From Bacillus sp. JJ722 (GTDB taxonomy: Bacteria; Bacillota; Bacilli; Bacillales; DSM-1321), in NCBI RefSeq assembly GCF_036963345.1, contig NZ_JBALMO010000018.1:1019-41018 (forward strand): DNA of 40,000 nt, in the 5' to 3' direction. The notes under the pieces are model-generated. The model had not been told where the DNA came from. It made no database searches and saw only the letters and a list, made by a program, of their open reading frames with translations. Below, one piece after another: positions 26,567 to 34,022 of the stretch. How positions within the stretch are numbered: the stretch's first letter is position 1; every line of letters begins with the position of its first letter. The translations under genes and the position numbers were made by a program.

Positions 26567-27961
26567 TTAAGCACCAGTTGGCTTAGTAGCTCCAACTTCA
26601 TAACGGTAAACGGCTGGTTCAAATGGAGAATACACTAATTGACCATCTAACAAATTGTAGATTTGGAAACCAATTTTATTTGTTCCTGCGTATTTCTCAA
26701 CTAGCTTTTGTAGTTCCATAGCACCGATAACATCCTGAATGTGGAAAGCTTTAAAATCTCCAAAGTAGAAAACTGGTGCAGTTGGATCTGTACCGTCTGC
26801 AGCATCTGTAAAATCAAGTTTATGACCAAGTAGTTTATATCCTACACCATCTGTAGCATCTTGATGCAGTAATGGACGACCTTGTTTATCAGTCATATCT
26901 TCAAGAACTGTTAACGCTGCACGGTTGATAATCCACATTGATTTTTTCAACACCTCAGTAACAGGTTGTCCTTTCAACTTAACTAGTTGACTATAAAGCA
27001 ATTGAGACCATCCATCTGTATTTAAATCAACTGGTTTTGATTCAAAGTACGCAACTGACTTCTTAGCCAACGCCCCAGGGTTTTCATTACCAACATCATC
27101 ACCATTGAACATATAATTAGTTTCCTTACGCACGTAAGCTTTTTTCAATTCTTCAATAACAATCTCTTCAACGTTTACACCAGACATTTTAATAAGTTTT
27201 TTAGTAACTGTTGCCAACGCATCAAACTCTGCTGGACTTAACAAAATTTCATCAAATTCAATTGCAGTTTCTGCAATTTCATCACCACTACCACGTTCTT
27301 TTTTACGCACATTTGCATCTGCTTTCTTAACAAGAACAGGATATTTCACATCACCTTTTGTTTTGTGACGACTTCCATACTTACGTAACAAGTTTTCTTC
27401 TTGTGCATAAGTAATTACTTCAGAAGCAATGACTTCCGGAATTGTTACAGAGCCATTACCAGCTTCAATACCCAAAGAACGTGCTTCAGCTTCTGAAATA
27501 TTACCAACTACGAAATTGGCAAAGGCAGAACGAATTTCCTTTTCTTTTGTTTTAGTAGACTTATGGCCACGAGTTGAAAGACCTTTTCCAATTGCACTTA
27601 TAATTGATTTACGTTGCTCTGGATCAATACCCTTTGAACGATTTTCACCTTCTCCATCAGCAGAGCCGGTCCCTTCTTCACCTTCTCCGCCTTCTGGATC
27701 TCCGTCACGACCTTCTCCCTCACTAGTTCCAGAACCTTCACCAGTTGCAGCACCTTCTTCACCTTCACCTTCGCCTTCTGGATCATCAGAGTTTGCTAAA
27801 GCATCCGCAATATCTTGTAATTGTTTTGTAATTTCATCAATCTCCTCCTGAATAGCTGGTAAATCTGCAGCACGTAATTCCGGATTTTCAACCTGTGTAC
27901 GTAGCTCAGTAAGTCTTTCTTTATTACGTTTCTGTAATGCTAATAATAATTGTTTATTCAT
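26567..27961 (-). CDS. major capsid protein, HK97 family, with an N-terminal delta (scaffold) domain carrying an acidic Gly/Glu-rich insert
   Basis: 464 aa. It has a coiled N-terminus, then about 60 aa of GEGEGEEGAATGEGSGTSEGEGRDGDPEGGEGEEGTGSADGEGEN, then an HK97-fold-like region. It follows the prohead protease. Confidence 0.9.
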   Translation of the reverse strand: MNKQLLLALQKRNKERLTELRTQVENPELRAADLPAIQEEIDEITKQLQDIADALANSDDPEGEGEGEEGAATGEGSGTSEGEGRDGDPEGGEGEEGTGSADGEGENRSKGIDPEQRKSIISAIGKGLSTRGHKSTKTKEKEIRSAFANFVVGNISEAEARSLGIEAGNGSVTIPEVIASEVITYAQEENLLRKYGSRHKTKGDVKYPVLVKKADANVRKKERGSGDEIAETAIEFDEILLSPAEFDALATVTKKLIKMSGVNVEEIVIEELKKAYVRKETNYMFNGDDVGNENPGALAKKSVAYFESKPVDLNTDGWSQLLYSQLVKLKGQPVTEVLKKSMWIINRAALTVLEDMTDKQGRPLLHQDATDGVGYKLLGHKLDFTDAADGTDPTAPVFYFGDFKAFHIQDVIGAMELQKLVEKYAGTNKIGFQIYNLLDGQLVYSPFEPAVYRYEVGATKPTGA

Positions 27962-28537
27962 TTACTTTTCCCCCAATAGTTGATTTATTTGTTTAATCAC
28001 TTTCATACGTTGTTCTACTTCTTTATCGATTTCCTTACTTCTTACCGAAGCTTCAGTATCGTCATAAGCTGGAATACTAACTACAGATACCTCATACAAT
28101 TCAACCTCATGAATGGTCCTTAATGCTGGTTCAACTGAATAGTCCCAGGTTTCTTCTGTTGCAAAAAAGCCAAATGAACACTGATTTATATCACCGCGTT
28201 TCATGCTTTTTACTAAATCACTAGCCACGGTTGTGTCAGGTAATTCAACCTCAAACTTTAATCCTCGTTCATCCTCTTGCAATCGCAAAGTACCACTTTT
28301 TGTACGACCTAATACATTGTTCCAATCATGGTTGAACAATGCACGAATATCGCCATTTTCAGAAATAGCCCTACTAAACGCACCTGGTGAAATCGTTTCT
28401 GTGAACCAGTCACCGATTGTTGTTGGTGAATTAAAAACTGCAGCATATCCACTGATAACATTAGGTTCACCATTTATTACATCGCGTGTTTGGAGTCCGG
28501 TGATGTCAAATGTCCTCGTTTCCTTTTTCTTTGTCAT
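27962..28537 (-). CDS. prohead protease, HK97 family (S78)
   Basis: ISGYAAVFNSPTTIG...ETISPGAFSRAI...IRALFNHDWNNVLGRT matches the HK97 protease family. The ATG at 28537 has the best-spaced AAGGTGG RBS. Confidence 0.9.
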   Translation of the reverse strand: MTKKKETRTFDITGLQTRDVINGEPNVISGYAAVFNSPTTIGDWFTETISPGAFSRAISENGDIRALFNHDWNNVLGRTKSGTLRLQEDERGLKFEVELPDTTVASDLVKSMKRGDINQCSFGFFATEETWDYSVEPALRTIHEVELYEVSVVSIPAYDDTEASVRSKEIDKEVEQRMKVIKQINQLLGEK

Positions 28538-29735
28538 TTTCATCACCACCTTTCAAGCTATCGTCAGTAGCATTCTTCTCACCAATTTTTGATAAGTCGT
28601 TCGAAATGTAAATAGCCTGTGATTCAGGTGTATTTTGTGCTGGTAATCCCAGAAATTTGACCGCAACAATATCTGGTGATGTGATACCAGTACGAACTAT
28701 GTTATAAGCAATATTTGTTTTTACACTGTAAGGTACAAAATCAAGAATATTAATCTTAAATTTAATACGCTTGTCCGAATTTTTACCGAAAAAAAGAAGA
28801 CTCAAATGGTCTTCAAAATTTTTCATTATTGGTCTAACAGCTTTATTATGCAAATACATCATAGCTTTCTCTAAGTCCGATTTAAGTAAAGCTGTATAAG
28901 TGTCTACATTAATATTTAAGTACTTACCTAAGTCCTTTTTATACACATTCAAGTATCCTAAAATTTTCTCATCCTCTATAGGACTTTTCATACTTTCAAT
29001 CGTATATCCCTTACTTAGTGGTATCATTTTAACTGATCTTGATTCGTCAATGGATTCTAGTTGATCCAATATTGCTTTGATTAACAATGACTGTGAACCA
29101 TTCTTCGGGTTAATATGAGCGTCCAGTTTAAGCAGATAAGCGAGTAATCCACCTTTGCTATACTTATCAGTCAAAACCTTTTCGGCGCTCATAACGCCCT
29201 CTAATGTGCTTTTTCCAAGTTCTAAAATCCCCACACCTTTTAAATGATTACTACCGATATTCTTAATGTGCCTAATCATAAAAGACGGAATTTCAGTTCC
29301 ATCAATCTTATAATGCGGTATTAATCTATCATCAAGTTCTGTATAAACATTCGATACTAAGTGTAATTCATTACCATCTAATACAGGAAACACTTCGCCA
29401 TACAGTAAGTAAGAGTTTGTCATCAACTTGATAAATTCAGATTGTGTTAAATAGCTATTAGGATTCTTTAATATTTTCAAAGTTGAAGGATTTTTAATTT
29501 CATTACCATCACTATCTTCCACAACTATATTTGCAAGCATTAATTGATTACTAATGTCCTGTAATAGCTCATATACATCGCTGGACTCCAAAATGTTTTC
29601 ATCATTGGAATACCAACCACCACCATAACGAATTGAACGACCAAGTATATCATCGAAATAACCTCGTTCCTCCGCTTGCCTATACAAAAAATTTGAAAAC
29701 CGATTTCGCAATCCCAATTTCTCACCGCCTTCCAT
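28506..29735 (-). CDS. portal protein (HK97 family)
   Basis: 409 aa, between terL and the protease. Its size and order are typical. The start codon is uncertain. Confidence 0.8.
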   Translation of the reverse strand: MEGGEKLGLRNRFSNFLYRQAEERGYFDDILGRSIRYGGGWYSNDENILESSDVYELLQDISNQLMLANIVVEDSDGNEIKNPSTLKILKNPNSYLTQSEFIKLMTNSYLLYGEVFPVLDGNELHLVSNVYTELDDRLIPHYKIDGTEIPSFMIRHIKNIGSNHLKGVGILELGKSTLEGVMSAEKVLTDKYSKGGLLAYLLKLDAHINPKNGSQSLLIKAILDQLESIDESRSVKMIPLSKGYTIESMKSPIEDEKILGYLNVYKKDLGKYLNINVDTYTALLKSDLEKAMMYLHNKAVRPIMKNFEDHLSLLFFGKNSDKRIKFKINILDFVPYSVKTNIAYNIVRTGITSPDIVAVKFLGLPAQNTPESQAIYISNDLSKIGEKNATDDSLKGGDENDKEKGNEDI

Positions 29736-29777
29736 TAACGAATGTTTTTGGATCCTATAAGTTAATTTTGTTCGTGT

Positions 29778-31496
29778 TTATCTATAAATATCACTGATTA
29801 AATCATCCATGCCATCAATACTTTCATCCATCATATTCAATGTTTCTTTATGTCCGATTAACATGGCCACAAATCCATCTATATGTTCTGGACTTTTTCG
29901 TTTAGATGGAGCTTTTAGATTGTTAATGTTCGTTACAATCTTTGCATTTGAAGCACAAAAAATAAGTAGTTGGTTATCTGTCACTACTTTGTCTTGTAAT
30001 AAAAGAACCTCAAAATCGTCAAATGGTTCATTCATATGGGTTGGATATTGTGGAACCTCAATACAGGTTATACCAAGCATTTCCCACTTTTCAACAAGCT
30101 TTTCTGCAAGTGCAGGATCATAATTTATTTGGCGTAAATCAAAGTATTCAAATACCCATTCAACATATTCATTTACCATATCTTCATCAACCGTTTTACC
30201 AGGACAAAGAGTAACAAATCCAAGTTTAGCTAATTCCCTATATGGTATATTACGTTGCTGCTCCTTTTCTTCAATACCAAACTCCGGAATGAAATACATT
30301 TGCTTTACTTTTAATAGTGAGTCTCCTTCATCATCAAAAGTTGGAATATTAATTGAAACACAAGTCAAATCAGTACGCCTTGATAAATCAACACCAATTA
30401 CACATGTCAAACCTTCGACATCACCTAAAGAGTTTACCAGCATTTTATCCAATTGATCTTTTTCAAAGTATGTTTCTGCGTAATTAACAAAAACGTTTAG
30501 ATGCTTTGACAAAAATTCTGCACGATTAAAACTATTATTCTGAGCTTCTAAAAAAGCATTATTAAGAAACTCCATACTAACCGAAACGCCAATATTCGGG
30601 TTAACCATTTTCCAAACTTCGCGATCTTCCCAATCATATTTTTTGTTCGGCTCATAGATCATCACAAACCATGAATCATCTTTATCATCTTTTAAGACCT
30701 TTTTTCCATATGTGTGAATTTGCGCTCCTAAAGAACCTGGCTGCTTCCCGGCTGTCGAAGTAATAATGTTTAGTGGTTCTTCTTGAGCTACTTGTGCAGA
30801 ACGCAAGTTATCATATTGCTCGCGATCCATTTGAGCATGAACTTCATCAAAGTAATTAATGTATGGGTTTTTACCTTCATTTCCTGCATTATCTTTGGTC
30901 AATACCTTTAAAGTGTTTGCATATTTCAAACCGTCTTCAACAAACGTATACTTCACGGAACGAACGGTATCTTCTTTGCCCTTATAAATCCGAGTACCTG
31001 GACGCAAGTCAGGGCTATTTTCAATAGTTAACCCAATTGGAATAGCAGCATTCTGACATTGTTCGAAAGTATTGGCAGATATATAAATATCAGCACCACG
31101 AACACCCTCACCATACATTCCATAAATAACAGGTGAACCACCCATTATTGTTTTTCCGTTTTTCTTTGGAACTTGCAAATAAGCCGTACGAATAACACGC
31201 ACAGCTTTACCATCTTCATTATATTTTTGCCAACCATAAATATTTGCAAAGAAAAATTTCTGCCATGATTCTAAAATTAATGGTTGCCCGGCCCATTTAC
31301 CTTTTGCATGTTTTAAAAATGTCTCGGTAAAAAAAAGCATATCGTTTGCTTTATCATTATCCCAAAATATATCTTTTCGCTTTTTCCACCGTTTGTAACG
31401 CTTTACACCAAGCTTAACGGTATCTGGATAAGATTTCGGGTTATCATCAAACTCTTTTACAAACTCATCAGCATAGTTTACTTCAAAATCAATCAT
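29778..31496 (-). CDS. terminase large subunit
   Basis: 572 aa. It has a Walker-A-like VPKKNGKT and an ATPase-plus-nuclease layout, downstream of terS. Confidence 0.9.
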   Translation of the reverse strand: MIDFEVNYADEFVKEFDDNPKSYPDTVKLGVKRYKRWKKRKDIFWDNDKANDMLFFTETFLKHAKGKWAGQPLILESWQKFFFANIYGWQKYNEDGKAVRVIRTAYLQVPKKNGKTIMGGSPVIYGMYGEGVRGADIYISANTFEQCQNAAIPIGLTIENSPDLRPGTRIYKGKEDTVRSVKYTFVEDGLKYANTLKVLTKDNAGNEGKNPYINYFDEVHAQMDREQYDNLRSAQVAQEEPLNIITSTAGKQPGSLGAQIHTYGKKVLKDDKDDSWFVMIYEPNKKYDWEDREVWKMVNPNIGVSVSMEFLNNAFLEAQNNSFNRAEFLSKHLNVFVNYAETYFEKDQLDKMLVNSLGDVEGLTCVIGVDLSRRTDLTCVSINIPTFDDEGDSLLKVKQMYFIPEFGIEEKEQQRNIPYRELAKLGFVTLCPGKTVDEDMVNEYVEWVFEYFDLRQINYDPALAEKLVEKWEMLGITCIEVPQYPTHMNEPFDDFEVLLLQDKVVTDNQLLIFCASNAKIVTNINNLKAPSKRKSPEHIDGFVAMLIGHKETLNMMDESIDGMDDLISDIYR

Positions 31497-31499
31497 AAA

Positions 31500-32054
31500 C
31501 TACCCTCTCATCCTTCTTTGCCTAAATTCAACTAACTTACTATTTTCATTAGTATCTGGCACTTTTTCATTTTCCTTCTCTTCATCACCTTTTTCCAAAA
31601 GTACACCATTCTTTTTGATGAGGTCTTTGTTTTTTCCATCTAAACCAAGTTGACCAAGTAATTTAGCTAACTCTTTTCTAAGCTTTTCTGTATCTTCATC
31701 GTTCACCTTAAGCAATTGGTATTCTTCATACGCATCCAAATATAGTTCAATCAACAAATCAAGGGCTGGTGAATAGGTTCCAGCTTCGATCAGAGCATCA
31801 ATTATCCGTTTTCGTGTCTCAATACGAATATCTTTCTTGATAGTTTTCTTATTCGTAGTACTACGTTTCTTTTTTGTAGTACTACAAACTTCATCGTCTA
31901 AGTTTTCTAACCATCTATCACGACTTTTCCAATTCGAAATTGTCTTTTCAGGAACGTCCAACATTTCAGCAATGACACGGTTTTGAATATCACCATCATG
32001 CTCTTTAAAAATATCAAAAGCTTTATCACGATTTGGGTTTCTTGGTCTCGCCAA
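31500..32054 (-). CDS. terminase small subunit (P27-like, with N-terminal HTH)
   Basis: The track starts at GTG 32063, directly abutting the AGGAGG. The TTG at 32054 is 8 nt from that RBS. It contains IAEMLDVPEKTISNWKSRDRW (HTH) and ALDLLIELYLDAYEEY (P27-like). Confidence 0.75.
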   Translation of the reverse strand: MARPRNPNRDKAFDIFKEHDGDIQNRVIAEMLDVPEKTISNWKSRDRWLENLDDEVCSTTKKKRSTTNKKTIKKDIRIETRKRIIDALIEAGTYSPALDLLIELYLDAYEEYQLLKVNDEDTEKLRKELAKLLGQLGLDGKNKDLIKKNGVLLEKGDEEKENEKVPDTNENSKLVEFRQRRMRG

Positions 32055-32173
32055 CCTACTCACCTCCTAGTTTGTAGTATTGAATTTTTCACGAAAAAAT
32101 TTTTTGAGTCGCGCGTTTTTATGTTGTATCCGGTCTTCCGTAAAAGCAAAAAAACGTGTTTTTGATAGGGGGG

Positions 32174-32557
32174 CTAAACTTTCCAATTGAATGATTTATA
32201 ATTGTTATTTTTTTTATTTAAATGATTATATTGTTTGTCACACTCTTGTTCCAAGATGGTATGGCAACTAGGACAAACGGTAACAACATTGTCCTCGACT
32301 AGTTTCAAGTCCGGTCTTACTTGGATCGGTATCTTATGATGATGCTGTGCCCATTTACCGAAGACAAACTTTTTACATTCAACACATCGCCCACCGTCAC
32401 GTTGATAACAGTATGCTTTTAGATCACGCCATGCTTGCGTATTGTAGAACGATTTATACTTTGATTGCTTTGCCTTTCTACTTCTTCGCTTATGGCTCTC
32501 ACAATAACGACCTTTACTAATTAATGTCTTGCAACCTTGCTCACCGCAATACTTCAC
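32174..32557 (-). CDS. HNH endonuclease (terminase-associated)
   Basis: 127 aa. CVECKK...HHHKIPI...NVVTVCPSCH is the HNH/zinc-finger motif. The GTG start overlaps the upstream TGA (GTGA). Confidence 0.85.
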   Translation of the reverse strand: MKYCGEQGCKTLISKGRYCESHKRRSRKAKQSKYKSFYNTQAWRDLKAYCYQRDGGRCVECKKFVFGKWAQHHHKIPIQVRPDLKLVEDNVVTVCPSCHTILEQECDKQYNHLNKKNNNYKSFNWKV

Positions 32558-32886
32558 TGTGCATCAGTCGTTAATTGTTCAACGATAAATTCCCGAATCG
32601 TTTCTTCTTTCTTTAACTTACCTGGTACATCGATGTCATTTTGTTTAGCAAATGAAAGTAACTGTTCAGCATTCATATTATCTAGGTTAATTTCCGCATC
32701 GATAACTTTTCCGTTTACTGCAGTTACATCTTTACTGTTTGCTAAATCCATACCCATTATCATACTATTAGGATTTTCAGTAACTTCAAAGTTAGGTTTT
32801 TCACCTGCAGGTACAAATAATGATCTCTTTTCATCATTGTCCCAGTACTCAGTTCCTTGTGCTGTTTTACGTGTTTCAATAATCAT
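32554..32886 (-). CDS. hypothetical phage protein with a C-terminal HeH/Rho-N-like motif
   Basis: 110 aa. LDNMNAEQLLSFAKQNDIDVPGKLKKEETIREFI resembles the Rho-N/HeH helix-extension-helix fold. Confidence 0.4.
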   Translation of the reverse strand: MIIETRKTAQGTEYWDNDEKRSLFVPAGEKPNFEVTENPNSMIMGMDLANSKDVTAVNGKVIDAEINLDNMNAEQLLSFAKQNDIDVPGKLKKEETIREFIVEQLTTDAQ

Positions 32887-32888
32887 TC

Positions 32889-33041
32889 TTATTTCCTCCT
32901 AACGGCTCCATTTTTTCTTGTATAAGTATCTCGATTCTTGCCCATTATGTTTTCCCATTCTCTAGTAGTAAGCTTCTCTTTAACCTTAATGGGCTTTAAC
33001 TTTTTAATAACATCTGGACTAATCAATTCACTTACTTTCAT
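32889..33041 (-). CDS. small hypothetical protein (first ORF of the late operon; below the track cutoff)
   Basis: My translation gives MKVSELISPDVIKKLKPIKVKEKLTTREWENIMGKNRDTYTRKNGAVRRK (50 aa). It has an AAGGATG RBS, and its 3' end carries the AGGAGG RBS of the next gene. Confidence 0.35.
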   Translation of the reverse strand: MKVSELISPDVIKKLKPIKVKEKLTTREWENIMGKNRDTYTRKNGAVRRK

Positions 33042-33061
33042 CTTGATCACATCCTTATGGA

Positions 33062-33092
33062 CATAATAAAAAGCACCTCGTATGAGATGCTT
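33062..33092 (-). terminator. intrinsic terminator between the late-activator gene and the late (packaging/structural) operon
   Basis: The minus-strand RNA AAGCAUCUC-AUAC-GAGGUGCUU forms a 9-bp stem with one G-U pair, followed by UUUUUAUUAU. Confidence 0.6.
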
Positions 33093-33197
33093 TCATCTAT
33101 ATAAAACACATTTATAAAAGTGTCATGTGTATAACGTTTTCTATGCTATTACTATAATCCATTTTTTCAATAGGTGCGATACTATTTAGGAGTGAAC

Positions 33198-33605
33198 CTA
33201 AATGATACCCTCTTCATCGATGAATTTTAATAACCTTATTAACTCAGCATGTTTCTTCTTTATATGACTAGCACTATAGTTCACTTGCTCGGCTATTTCA
33301 TTTAAAGTTAAACCATCTACATATTTTAACTTTAATATTTTGTTATCAAGTCCTTTGAACTTGCTAATCAATATCATTAGATCGTACATATCATTCATCT
33401 TATGAGCTAATTCATATTCCATTGCTTCAATACGATCTTCTACTTTTGCACCGTCTGAATCTGCAGTTAATTTAATTACAGATAAATCACCTAATTCCCA
33501 TCGTTTTAACTCACGTTTTGTTCGTTCAAGATTGTGTTCTAAATATGCAATCTCTTCTTCTAATTTCTGATAATCTTTCAGCCAGTCAAACAAATGATGA
33601 TTCAC
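33198..33605 (-). CDS. sigma-70 region-4-like late gene activator (RinA/ArpU/Xpf-type functional analogue)
   Basis: 135 aa with a coiled N-terminus. The C-terminal LKLKYVDGLTLNEIAEQVNYSASHIKKKHAELIRLL is a region 4.2-type HTH. It lies just upstream of the packaging genes. Confidence 0.6.
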   Translation of the reverse strand: MNHHLFDWLKDYQKLEEEIAYLEHNLERTKRELKRWELGDLSVIKLTADSDGAKVEDRIEAMEYELAHKMNDMYDLMILISKFKGLDNKILKLKYVDGLTLNEIAEQVNYSASHIKKKHAELIRLLKFIDEEGII

Positions 33606-33619
33606 CCACCTTTTTTAGA

Positions 33620-34008
33620 GTAAAATGCGTTACTATCTGTTACCATCTGTTACCGCCTTGAGTCCTTGATACGACTGGGTTTATTACATTTTCAAAGTTA
33701 AAAGGTAACGCATTTACCCCCTAAATTTCTTTTATATAATAATTTTTTTATTATTAATAATATATATTTATAAAAAGAAGTTAAAAAATCTGTTACCTGT
33801 TACCGATACACGTCAAACCCTTGATATAAATGGGTTTTTATAGGTAGCAGATAAGGTAACAGGTAACGCATTTTACCTTATTTTTTAATAAAAAGGGTCA
33901 AAACAGTCACTAAAAACGCTGATTTCGTGACCAAAATTCGGTCACGCATGTTTGACCATCCCTTGATACATCTACGCTCGTTTTTCCTATTTGACCGAAT
34001 TTTGGTCA
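33620..34008. repeat. repeat-dense non-coding region (candidate phage ori / regulatory switch)
   Basis: The repeats are:
- tandem ATCTGTTACC x2 (33635..33654), with a further copy at 33788..33797
- a perfect 13-bp inverted repeat GTTACCTGTTACC (33792..33804) / GGTAACAGGTAAC (33855..33867)
- GTAACGCATTT(T)AC x3 (33620..33633 inverted; within 33704..33718; within 33862..33877)
- CCTTGATA x3 (33664, 33819, 33961)
- a 17-bp inverted repeat TGACCAAAATTCGGTCA (33928..33944) / TGACCGAATTTTGGTCA (33992..34008)
- a roughly 65-bp almost pure A/T tract (33724..33790). Confidence 0.7.
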
Positions 34009-34022
34009 AGCGCGAAAAAAAA

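Noticed and set aside
27429-27851. Track ORFs 27429..27851 (+) and 27598..27786 (-), overlapping the capsid gene
   Set aside because: They are generated by the degenerate GAAGG/CCTTC repeats that encode the Gly/Glu-rich capsid insert. Their PSPS- or KVKV-type translations are not credible proteins.
33620-33880. Could the GTTACC-type repeats be a CRISPR array?
   Set aside because: The repeats are only 10-16 bp, occur in both orientations, have irregular spacing and have no cas genes nearby. They are not CRISPR-like.
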